Shown: positions 49,870-61,411 of the stretch, piece after piece
Position numbering within the stretch: the first letter of the stretch is position 1
Layout of the letters: each line of letters starts with the position of its first letter
Notes under the pieces: generated by a model
Databases searched by the model: none
What the model was told of the DNA's origin: nothing
What the model saw: only the letters and a program-made list of their open reading frames with translations
Made by a program: the position numbers and the translations under genes
Assembly (NCBI GenBank): GCA_043228905.1
Contig: JBHGNT010000016.1
Coordinates: 13,764,001 to 13,828,000 of the forward strand
Direction of reading: 5' to 3'
Length of the DNA stretch: 64,000 bases
Origin: Azolla caroliniana
Lineage: Eukaryota; Plantae; Polypodiophyta

Positions 49870-51073
49870 TGTTGTATGTATGGCTGGACTAGCCGCAACA
49901 CAGGTGTCTATCCGACACTTCTCCAAAGGGGTGGTAGGGATAGGATGTTAATACACGCGTATGATAATTACACTTAAGCACAGACGAAGACAAGATCAAT
50001 AAGCATAAGCAAAACTATATTAATTCTTCGTCACTTCATTACAAAACATCGGATCCTTTTATAGGCATCCGGCCAGATTACAATCGGTGCTCTTAGGCAA
50101 CCGTTCACCGAAACCGAATCGGTTCGGATCTGGATCGGTTACAACTACCGGATCCGTCCCTCCTAATAATTCTATTCCTATTTCTATATTTATCCGATCC
50201 GACCTTGCTTTCCCATTTGCCTTCTCTGACCGGTCAACACATGGCACGCCCGTGGGAAAGTGCATTGCACTTCGAACCCACAATAGTGTTGTATGTATGG
50301 CTGGACTAGCCGCAACACAGGTGTCTATCCGACACTTCTCCAAAGGGGTGGTAGGGATAGGATGTTAATACACGCGTATGATAATTACACTTAAGCACAG
50401 ACGAAGACAAGATCAATAAGCATAAGCAAAACTATATTAATTCTTCGTCACTTCATTACAAAACATCGGATCCTTTTATAGGCATCCGGCCAGATTACAA
50501 TCGGTGCTCTTAGGCAACCGTTAACCGAAACCGAATCGGTTCGGATCCGGATCGGTTACAACTACCGGATCCGTCCCTCCTAATAATTCTATTCCTATTT
50601 CTATATTTATCCGATCCGACCTTGCTTTCCCATTTGCCTTCTCTGACCGGTCAACACATGGCACGCCCGTGGGAAAGTGCATTGCACTTCGAACCCACAA
50701 TAGTGTTGTATGTATGGCTGGACTAGCCGCAACACAGGTGTCTATCCGACACTTCTCCAAAGGGGTGGTAGGGATAGGATGTTAATACACGCGTATGATA
50801 ATTACACTTAAGCACAGACGAAGACAAGATCAATAAGCATAAGCAAAACTATATTAATTCTTCGTCACTTCATTACAAAACATCGGATCCTTTTATAGGC
50901 ATCCGGCCAGATTACAATCGGTGCTCTTAGGCAACCGTTAACCGAAACCGAATCAGTTCGGATCCGGATCGGTTACAACTACCGGATCCGTCCCTCCTAA
51001 TAATTCTATTCCTATTTCTATATTTATCCGATCCGACCTTGCTTTCCCATTTGCCTTCTCTGACCGGTCAACA
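49870..51073 (-). mobile_element. Tandem three-LTR mini-element (three 370-bp LTRs separated by two 47-bp spacers)
   Basis: LTRs at 49870-50239, 50287-50656 and 50704-51073 (period 417 bp), near-identical. Spacer on the minus strand: CTATTGTGGGTTCGAAGTGCAATGCACTTTCCCACGGGCGTGCCATG. TSD TGTTG at 49865-49869 and 51074-51078. Confidence 0.95.
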
Positions 51074-51736
51074 TGTTGACTCTGTTAATCCGTTGGCTTG
51101 CAGATAATAGGGAGTGCTCCATTTGTGCACCACCGCATAAAATGTCGTCAAACTTTCCACTATTTGCTCTAAGAAGTGCCCACCTTGGTCACTTATGAGC
51201 TCTATTGGACATCCATACCGGCACCAGATGCATTCATATAAAAATTTTGCCATGGATGCCGCGGTGTTATCGCATAGTGCTTTCGCTTCCACCCATTTTG
51301 TTGGCCGGTCAGAAGAGCAAGGACAAGTGGGAAGGCGGAATCGGATCGGATAATAGGAAGTAATAGTAGGATTATTATTCGGAGGGACGGATTCGGTTCA
51401 GTTGTACCGATCCGGATCCGAACCGATTCGGATGTCGGTTGCCTAAGCGCACCGATTGTAACCTTGCCGGATGCCTATAAAAGGATCCGATGATTTGTAA
51501 AGTGTTTTGACGGAAGTAATACAATAGTAATTATTGTGTATTTATCTGTATCTCGTATTGTTTGCCGTCCGTGCTTAATTGTAATCATATTATGCGTGTA
51601 ACCTAGCATCCAATCCTTACCACCCCTTTGGAGAAGTGTCGGGTAGACACCTGTGTTGAGGCTAGTCCGGCCAGACAGACAACACTATTTTGGCGACCAC
51701 GATTCCTACAAAGTGCAGAGGACATCCGGGGGATGG

Positions 51737-54700
51737 ATGTCTAGAACAAACGACGACCACATCACCGAACGAGGGAGACGATACACCGAACGCGAGCAAC
51801 GACGGGAAGCCCTGCAACAAGCCGTCAACGAGATCCGGCGGGATCGGTCATTCTCCAAAACTCTTCGGAGAGTCGCAGAAGAAGCACTGCAGTTCCGGGT
51901 TCTGCAAATCCCCGACGAAGGTAGTAGCATAACAAGCCTGCAAGAGGCAGAAACGATACTGCAGACGCTCGCCGCGGGCGACGGGGACTCGGAAGCATTC
52001 ACAACACTTGAGGCGGAGTCGGAAAGCGACGGAAGCGTTGCATCCCGGTATAAAAGCAGCCACGACACACCAAACGACCGGGAGGACGAGGGGTCGGAAG
52101 ACTCAGTAACACCGGCGCCAGAGGAAGAAATAACCCTGGAATTCGGTGATCGGCAACCGCCGAGGAAGGCTGACCGGATACCGACAACAACCGCGAGGGA
52201 ACCGAAGGAGCGGATACCGACAACACCCGCGGAGGAACCAACGGACCGGACACCGGTAACACCCGCGGAGGAACCAAAGGTTCTCACACCAACGCCAACA
52301 ACGGACAGAGAATGGAGGGAACAGGAGAGTCAGTTGGACGACACGATGCCGTACCCATACCCAAAGTACCGGGATGAGGCCGACGTGGAGGCACACGTGT
52401 ACGCATTCCTCCAAACATGGGAAGCCAACCATATCTCCCAAAGACTGACGGAGCCCGAAGCCGAACGATCCAAAATCGCCGAATTCGGCATAACCTTAGA
52501 AGGACCGGCGGCCCAATGGCACACAAAGCACTTACCAGGCACCTTTGCCACATTCGATGCCTTGAAGGCCAGATTCCTCAGGTTTTTTCACAGACAATTT
52601 GAGCAAAGGGAATTGGTCGGGCAGTTCTACACCACCCGGCAGGAAGAGAACGAGACTATGCCACAATTCATCATTCGGTTCCAGACCCTGCACAACCAAC
52701 TGACAAGAGCACCACCCGAAGACGAAGCCAAAGCAGTCTTTCTGGCCGCACTGAAAGAGCCACTTTGAACAATGTGCGGAGTCCTTGATTTCCAAACCAG
52801 CACAATGGAGCAAGTTATTGATCGGGTTTTAGAAATGGACAAGACTAGCCCCTTCTTGACGATGGGGATGTTACACCGGGCACTCCCAAAAGAGGAAGAC
52901 CTGAGGTTCCAACAGGCCTTACAATGTACAACATGCCTAAATTCGGGGCACTCAACAGTAGACTGCACCCTGCGGACACAATGTGTGATCTGCAACTCTT
53001 GAGCCCATACAACGGACCGATGCGAATACAACCTGTTAAATCGGCAGGCAGCACCGGTTCGACACATAGAACCGCGCAATCAGAACCCGGACGAGGATCG
53101 ATTCCGGAGAGACGACCGCTACCAACGGGAGCGCGGTAACAGATACGCTGATAGAAGACGCGACAACTATGACCGAGAGGAGAGACGCAGAGATAGCTAC
53201 CCCCGGGACCGGTACGACAGAGACGAATCCCCGGAAGACGACAGACGCGGAGAAGAGAGGCGACAAGGATACGCTGATAGAAGACGCGACAACTATGACC
53301 GAGAGGAGAGACGCAAAGAAAGCTACCCCCGGGACCGGTACGACCGAGACGGAGCCCCGGAATACGACCGACGCGGAGAAGAGAGGCGACAAGGGAACCG
53401 AAATTTCCGACGGAATCAGAAGCGTGGATTTTTCCGAAGAGAGGAACGTCGGGAGGCAGCAAGGAATGACAACCCGGTATCCGTACCGGATAACCGAAAA
53501 ACCGAAGACGACCGCCGGAGCATACCCACCCTCCAAACCAGGGACAAAGGAGAAACGAGCAACAGTCACAAGGTGTACTGTTATTACTGCCGCAAGGAAG
53601 GCCACTATAGTAACCAAGGCCCAAGCAAAAGCTATGACAAGCAGCCGGAAGTCAACATGGTTACAGCCGAAATAACAGAAGTATAGCAGGTCACAACCCG
53701 GTCAAAGGGAAAGACCGCCGAGTGGGAAGCCCAGGAGGCAATCAGAAAACAAGCGACACAATGGATCAAGGAGGCCAATGAACAGAATGCGGCAGAAGTA
53801 AGAGACCAAAATATGCCAAAAGACGAAGAAATCATACAGCCAGGAGAAAACCCGACGTGGCAAGCGCTACAGGACTGTCAAATTGTGCTGCCGTTAGCAC
53901 GACTACTACAGTTAGTGCCACGATTTACGGCAGACCTACAGGCATCCGTCAGCAAACCGAAGCCGATGCCATCACCGGCATTCTTCTCCAACCCGGAGGA
54001 AGGACCAGCGGTGGTCGATACAAGTAGCCCGACGATCACGACAATCGTGAAAGGAAAGGAAATTGCTGGAACGATTATTGACGGAGACTTCGGGTAAATG
54101 TCATCAGCCAACAGACATGCAACGACCTGGGCATCCGGGAATGGGAACCATGGCCCTTCTGGTTACGCATGGCGGATACTAGCTCAGTCCGACCGACCGG
54201 GCTTATCCGAGATTTGGAAATCACGATCGGAGGCCACGTATTCCGGATATCGGCCGTAGTGCTGCAGCTGAATGTACAAGGCGCGTACCCCCTACTGCTA
54301 GGACGACCGTGGCTGCGAACGGCGCATATCAAGCAGAACTGGCAAAAGAACATGATCACATTCCGGCGAGGGAAAACAAAGGTACGAGTAACGACGCAAC
54401 CACGGGTGATCACCAGTAAGGAAGCAACTCCATTGTATGCGGAAAGCATTAACATGTTGGAGGGATTACCGGACGAGGAAGTCGAGCGGTACCTCGAGGA
54501 ACACCCACGAATCGTCCCACTATTTGAGGTGGATATCACGGCGGCAGTAGAACCGTACATTACGATGCCGGAAGAACCGGACCAAGCGGCGATCCGGGAA
54601 CTACGACAAGCGCAGGAATCCCTAGAGAGGGAAATGAAGATATCCCAGAGGGTAAAAGCATCCCAGCTCGAGGAGGTGGACCTCGGCACAGCAGACAAGC

Positions 54701-57696
54701 CCCGACCGGTAAATGTTGCAAAGGAATTGCCGAAGGAAGAAAAGAAGGCAATGGTAGCATTGTTAACAGACTTCAAGGATGTGTTCGCGTGGTCGTACGA
54801 AGACATGCGAGGGTTGGACCCCCAGCTCTATCAGCACCAAATTCACCTAAGTACGGATGCGAAACTGATTGCTCAACGCAGGTACCGGATGAATCCGAAT
54901 TATGCGGCAAAGGTGAAGGAGGAAATTGATAAGCTCCTCCGGGTCGGATTTATCCGACCGGTCAAGCAGGCAACCTGGCTGAGTCCGATAGTGGTGGTCC
55001 CGAAAAAGAACGGAAAAATCCGGGTATGCGTGGACTACCGAAAACTAAATGCCGCGACAGTGACCGATGCGTTTCCACTACCATTTACGGACGGGGTGTT
55101 AGATGCGGTAGCCGGGCACGAAGTTTACAGCTTCCTGGATGGATTTAGCGGCTACAACCAAATACGAATGAACCCGGCCGACCAAGAGAAGACAGCGTTC
55201 GTGACGGAATGGGGAGTGTTCGTCGCGGTCGTGATGATGTTCGGACTAAAGACGGCTCCAGCGACCTTTCAAAGGATAATAATGGAAATTTTCGGGGAAT
55301 ATATCCCCGGTTTTATGCAGGTCTTCCTTGACGATTTCGCGGTCTACAACCGGCACGGAGAGCATCTCGATCACCTCCGGCTATGCTTGGAGAAGTGCCG
55401 CGAGTACCGATTGAGCCTGAATCCGGCCAAGTGCGTCTTTGGAGTGGCAAGCGGCAACTTGCTAGGGTACGTGGTGAGTAAGGAAGGAATCGCGGTAGAT
55501 CCGGATAAAGTCAAGGCGATTCTCGATGCACCAGCACCAAGTAACGCAAAGGCTTTAAGCAGGTTCTTGGGCCAAATAAGGTGGCATAGCCGAATGATAC
55601 GGCACCTCGCGGACTTCGCTACACCGTTACATACCGTCGTACATAGGGTACCCTTCCTATGGGCAGAGACGGAGGAGGAAGCCTACAAAGCGTTGAAGGT
55701 CATGCTGTCGCAAGCTCCGGTGGTGCAACCGCCGGATTGGAGTAAAAGCTTTCACGTCTTCGTCGACGCGTCGGACGTAGCAATCGGCAGCGTTCTGATG
55801 CAACTCACAGAGCCGAAATGGTACCGACCGGTGTACTACGCAAGCCGGAAACTCTCAAAAGCCGAACGGAATTACTCTACGACGGAACGCGAGGCATTGG
55901 GAATGGTGTATAGTGTCACAAAGTACAGGCACTATCTGCTCGGAAGGAAGTTTTCCTTCCATGTCGACCATTCGGCACTACTCTACCTGGTCTCGAAGGC
56001 ATCCCTGACGGGAAAAATTGCACGGTGGACACTGCTACTACAGGAATTTGAATTCGACATTTTCCACCGACCCGGGGCGCAACATGCGGTAGCGGACTAT
56101 CTAAGCCGACTTGAATCCAGAGAAGCAGGGGACGGCGTCCAGGATGAGTTTCCCGACGCCGAATTGTTTCGGATCATGACGAAACCGGCAACGGATACAA
56201 CGGTAGCCGACGAAGACACATGGCTAACTGAGATGCACCAGTTCCTGAGCACCGGAGTTCCCCCGGAAAACATGGACCGCGATGAAAGGAAAAGGGTAGC
56301 AGTAAGAAGTAGACATTTCTGCTTGGTTGGAGACACCCTCTATCACAAGGGGGCAGATGGCATCTGGAGACAAGCAGTGCAGAGCGATGAGAAGGATCTA
56401 ATCCTCAGGGAAGCCCACTGTGGAATTGCCGGCGGGCATTATGCCGGCGACGCAACCGCTCGGAAAATATGGCAGAGCAGACTGTGGTGGCCGACCACCC
56501 TAAAAGATGCCGTGAAGTATAGCAGAGAATGCGATTTGTGTCAACGACTGGGCCAACCCACAGAGCAGGCCCGGATGCCACACCACCCGGTCTTGCCCTT
56601 AGAACCGTTTCAAAAGTGGGGGTTGGACTTTGTCGGTCCCTTCAAACCACAAGCAATGCGAACCGGAAATCAGTATGTCATAGTGGCGACCGACTATTGC
56701 ACCAAATGGGTAGAAGCAAAGGCCTTACGGGACAACACGGCCGCTTCCACGGCAAAGTTTCTGTACAAATGCATATGGTGCCAGTATGGATGCCCGATCG
56801 AGCTTATAAGTGACCAAGGAGGACATTTTCTCGGGCAGGTAGTAGAAAGCCTGACGTCATTTTACGCGGTGGTACATAAAAAGAGTACACCCTACTACCC
56901 TCAAGCCAATGGACTAGCGGAATCAACGAAAAAAACTCTGCAGAACATCCTACGAAAAATCGTCAACGAGAACCGGACCGACTGGGATATGAAATTGCAA
57001 AGCGCGCTATGGGCGTACCGAACAACGTACAAAACCAACATCCGGACAACCCCGTTCCGACTAGCATTCGGGTTAGAAGCGGTCATGCCGGTAGAATTCC
57101 AGATCCCCAACTTACGGATTCAGGTAAAGGAGCACTTAAGTGAGAACGAGTCCGAACGAATCCGACTGGCAACGCTGTTGGAATTAGAGGAAAACTGAAT
57201 AGCCAGCTTACTACAACTCGAATTGGAGCAAAGGAGGAGAAAAGCCTTCGTGGACCGACATCGGCGTGGCAATGAAAAGGAGTTCGAAGTCGGGAAACCG
57301 GTGCTATTATTCCAGACAAGGATGGGGAACATGCCGGGAAAGTTGCGGTTTCGATGGACCGGACCGTTCTGGATCACCAAGGAGTACAATGGGTCGTATC
57401 AGCTCGGCACGTTGTCTGGAGATGTCATCGGCAAATGGGCAAATGGATTTCGGCTAAAGCCATATAAAGGAAATATGCCAGCCAACCCGTTCAAGCGAAA
57501 CCCGGAAATCCGGCAAGATGAGGAACCGACACCGACAGACGCTGCTGAAGACATTCGGACCGAGGAAGAACCGACACCGATACTGACGAGGACCATCCCG
57601 GAAAACCGACAAAAGGATCCGGTATCCACACGAACCGACCCGAACAAATCGGGGGGGGACCAGCAAATGACGTGGTCCAAGCAAAAGAAAAAATAA
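51737..57696 (+). pseudogene. gag-pol polyprotein (gag, zinc knuckles, PR, RT, RNase H, integrase) with a few point lesions
   Basis: Motifs QCTTCLNSGH, CYYCRKEGH, IIDG, CVDYRKLN, FLDDF, VDASD..EREAL..DH, HCGIAGGH..CDLCQ, WGLDF..ISDQG..NGLAE and WTGPF. Stops at 52766, ~53000, ~53684 and 57196, and a frameshift at ~54092. No additional archaeal-type RNase H between RH and INT. Confidence 0.93.
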
Positions 57697-57946
57697 AAAT
57701 AAAAAGAAAAAAATAAAATAAATATATATATATATATATATATATAAATAATAATAAAATAAAATAAAAAATAACGTGGGCAAAATCGACGCGAATCATC
57801 GTAATGATGGGGAGATCACAAGAGGTGGGAGCGCCACCATGCAACGAAGAGGCGCCATGCATTAAAGAAGGACGTGTGCAGACTTGCTATTTAAAGCAGG
57901 GAACGTGGGCACTCACACGCGGCAAATAAGAAAGGACATACTAATT

Positions 57947-60900
57947 ATGGCGGGAGAGGAACATGCGCGGGAAACGAAAAAGGACGGCTCGAGGCACAAC
58001 CCACTATATAAGACACAGGCCTGCGAAGGGATCACTTTTTACGAATTTTCCTACATACAGGCGCAGAAGCACAGAAGAGCGACCCGACGCACAGAGCACA
58101 CACAACGTGATCCCGAACAACAGGCAGCAGACGAAGAATTCGAAGCAATGGTACTGTCGGAAGAGGCACGCCAATGGATGAGGGAGAACGGGTTAAAAGG
58201 ATTGCTGCGGATCGCCGACGCTCCACCACACGCAGAACCAGAGCAGGCGGCAGCATCGATCGATATATCAGAAGTCACGGAAGGAGCGGTGCAGGCACTC
58301 ACGGGGATCAAAGCAGGAGGACTGCAAACAATCGAAAACTCTTCCAGTGAAATCCTGTTCGAATATTTCGGGGAATACTCTATCAGCAGCAAGGCGTACC
58401 GAACGCAGGGCGGAGAGAACCTGTTGTTCGGAGAAGTGGCCCGCGCTATGATGGAATACGGATTCGTGAATCCCCGTCCCCCAGCCATAGCCAAGTACCG
58501 GGCAGCATTCTTGATAGCAGCGTACGAGGGCTTACAAATAGACTGGCTCCATTTCATAACCGAAGGATTGAAGGAGGCCATCAAAAATCTGGTGGAAGGA
58601 AAAAAGCCATGGGCCGGGATCGCACAATGGCTAACGGTGTTAGTCCCACCGGTACTCCCCATCACACAAAAGAAAAGAGGTCGGCAGGAGACGACGCCGA
58701 AAAAGGTCACAAAGCGCCGACAGATCTTGGAGAAACACACCCCCGGATGGACCCCGCAAGAAGCAGAACAGCAGGGGGAAGGACCATCCCGACAGCCACA
58801 GGAACCGGCAACAAAGACAAAACCGGCAGGTAAAGGCAAAGGGAAAGCGGCCGAGGAGGAACCGGTACCAAAGGTCTCTAGACAAAAGGTCCGTCTGGTA
58901 ACCGCACCGGAGGAGGAAACTGAAACAGAAGACTCATCCGAACCACTGGTAAGACTCCCAGCAAGACAAGGTCGGGAGAAACGGGCGAAAGGACCGGCTC
59001 CACCAGTAGCCGAGGCGGAAACAGCACCGGAACCCGTACCCAGGGAAGCAGCACCGACACCGGTTGGGGCGGACTTCAGAAAACCGGTCATCCCAGAGAA
59101 GAAGAAGGAACGAGTGCCGGAGCCGGAGCCAGAGAAGAGGCCGGAAAATCAGCCTGGCTTAAGTGAGCAAGGCCACCCCGAAATCGGAAGCACAAAGCCA
59201 CAATGGCTAAGATGGATTTCGGAGCAGTTATCGGGAGTAGCAGACCAGTTAGAGAAAGAAGAAACGTGTCGGCAACAGCTGACGCATACAACAACTCAGG
59301 AGTTGGTCGCGCTCCGAACACAGATCAAGGAAATGCAAGGGGATCTGTTGCAGGCAAGGGAAGGAATCCAACAAGCACAAGCTGTCACCGAGCCGGTCGG
59401 GACAACAAGGAAGCAACCAGAACCGGAACCGGAACCGGTAGCCTTGCAAACTGGCCCTGAGACCGAAAAAATAATAGAAACCTTACGAGAGGAGTTACAA
59501 GCTCAGGAGGCATTAAGGGAAAGAGAAAGGGAGCAGCGGAAAGCGGTGGAGGATGACAAACGAAAAATGGAAGAAGGCCTCCGGAAAGGTCGAGCCGCTA
59601 ATGACCGACTGCAAGAAGAAAAAGAGAAGCTACAGAAGGAGAAGGACCGACTACGTCGACATGCCGAACAAGAGATAGAACGACTGCAGGAAGAACTCCG
59701 ACAACAGAAGGACCGGGACGATCGGTTAAGAGCTCAGGCAACCCAACGCCTGAAGCAGAAGACGGAGGACTTCGACCGTCTCTACCGAGATCACAAGCAG
59801 GCCGAGTCGGACAACAAAAAACGAGCAGCAGACTACGACCGGCAAATAGAGAAGCTGAAAGAGCAGCTCAAAGAGACCCGATTAGACCTGGCTAAGGCGA
59901 TGGATGAGGTCAGTGCCAACAAGGAAGCATTGTCGGCGGAAATAGCCCAAGCAACGGAGAGAAGGAAGGAATTAGAGGCGCTAAGGCGGGAAAAGCTGGA
60001 CCTGACCAAGATCAGGAATGAAGAAAAGGAAAAATCGACCTTCACGATCAGCAAACTGCAGAGTACCTATGAAAAGCAGAAAGCAGATTACGAGGCCCAG
60101 GCTCAGATAATGGCCGACATATAGCTCGGCTGCCTGTTGTGACGCCTGAAGCAGAAGACGGAGGACTTCGACCGTCTCTACCGAGATCACAAGCAGGCCG
60201 AGTCGGACAACAAAAAACGAGCAGCAGACTACGACTGGCAAATAGAGAAGCTGAAAGAGCAGCTCAAAGAGACCCGATTAGACCTGGCTAAGGCGATGGA
60301 TGAGGTCAGTGCCAACAAGGAAGCATTGTCGGCGGAAATAGCCCAAGCAACGGAGAGAAGGAAGGAATTAGAGGCGCTAAGGCGGGAAAAGCTGGACCTG
60401 ACCAAGATCATGAATGAAGAAAAGGAAAAATCGACCTTCACGATCAGCAAACTGTAGAGTACCTATGAAAAGCAGAAAGCAGATTACGAGGCCCAGGCTC
60501 AGATAATGGCCGACATTATAAAACGGGAAAGGAAGGAAAAGTAGGAAGCTTATGCGCATGCTAAGGCAGGAGTTGACCGGATCAAGCTCATCATGTCAGG
60601 ATGGAGTACCCGAGCTCAGGCAAGTATCAACGAAAGTACGGAAAAGCTATGGAAGGAGTGGTCACAACAGGCAGCCGAGCTGCAGACACTCCGAGCGGAT
60701 GCCGAGAATCGGAAGAAGACCGGTGACAGGTTCTACAAGATGGATGAAGAAAGTATCGTCGCCATTCGGGAGGAATTGTCGGAGGATTTCTACACTTTAG
60801 CAGAAGAACACCTCAAAGAAATCCGAGGGTTGGTAGAGAGGTTGGATGACGGGCAGCTCGCAACTCAGTTGGAGTTGGAGAGATACGAGCAGGACCGGTT

Positions 60901-61363
60901 ACGACAGGAAGCTAAGGGAAGAACGACGCCAACCAGTATTGGTGAGGGAACGCGACCGGATGAAGATGAACCAACCGACACCGAACAACCCCGACAAGGA
61001 ATACCTGAAGACGAACTTGAAGAAGAGCAGGAGCGGACCGATGCCGGAGAAGAAGAAGAGCTGAGACCGGAAGACACCAGAGCAGAGGAAGGAGGCATAT
61101 CAAGTTGACCAGTCGAGACCGGAGAAAGCGACACCGGTAACAGAACAGAGCCAGGAACGGAGGGAGAACAGGAAGAACCCGGACGAAGCGGTGAGGAAGC
61201 ACCGGCACCACGGAATCAAGCAGAGCCGGAGCAGAAAATTTTTATGGAACAGCCTACCCAACAGGAGGTCGGAGACCAGGCAGGCAAGGAACAGGAACGG
61301 AAGGAAAAAGCACCACTTGACACTATCGAGCAAAGTGTGCTCGTTATTTTGGAGGAAGACTGA
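57947..61363 (+). pseudogene. ORF2 of the Athila-like element: globular N-terminal domain, P/E-rich linker, long coiled coil, acidic tail (~1000 aa ancestral)
   Basis: 746-aa ORF 57884-60124. After removing the 396-bp duplication it continues in frame through 60593-61108 to LEED* at 61363, with two CpN-type stops. The start codon is uncertain. Confidence 0.82.
59746..60516 (+). repeat. 375-bp tandem duplication with a 21-bp inverted templated filler
   Basis: Copies at 59746-60120 and 60142-60516, with three differences seen. The filler 60123-60143 is the reverse complement of 60661-60681. Confidence 0.93.
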
Positions 61364-61371
61364 GGCCGGGA

Positions 61372-61411
61372 GTGGATTCGAAGTGCAAGGCACTTTCCCA
61401 CGGGCGTGCCA
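61372..61411 (+). other. tRNA-Arg-like 3'-half module at the PPT position
   Basis: GTGGATTCGA-AGTGCAAGGCACT-TTCCCACGGGCGTGCCA, then TG, then the LTR TGTTG. Homologous modules at 6435-6475(+), 7807-7846(-), 45875-45915(-), 50242-50281(-) and 50659-50698(-). Confidence 0.85.

Noticed and set aside
50240-50286. Genuine tRNA gene at the modules
   Set aside because: There is no D-arm, anticodon arm or 5' acceptor strand. CCA is encoded and the T-loop is interrupted. Only a 3' half is present.
49870-51073. Retrozyme with a hammerhead ribozyme
   Set aside because: No CUGANGA...GAAA core with supporting stems was found by eye in the LTR or spacer. An Infernal/Rfam scan would settle it.
58051-59091. 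Long antisense or alternative-frame ORFs (also 1763-2518, 26212-26982, 52845-53624)
   Set aside because: These are shadows of GC-rich coding sequence with no recognisable motifs.
57884-60124. Retroviral-type envelope gene, or a host myosin/SMC-like gene
   Set aside because: No signal peptide or transmembrane segment is evident. The ORF lies between the LTRs and has a homolog at the same position in a sister element.
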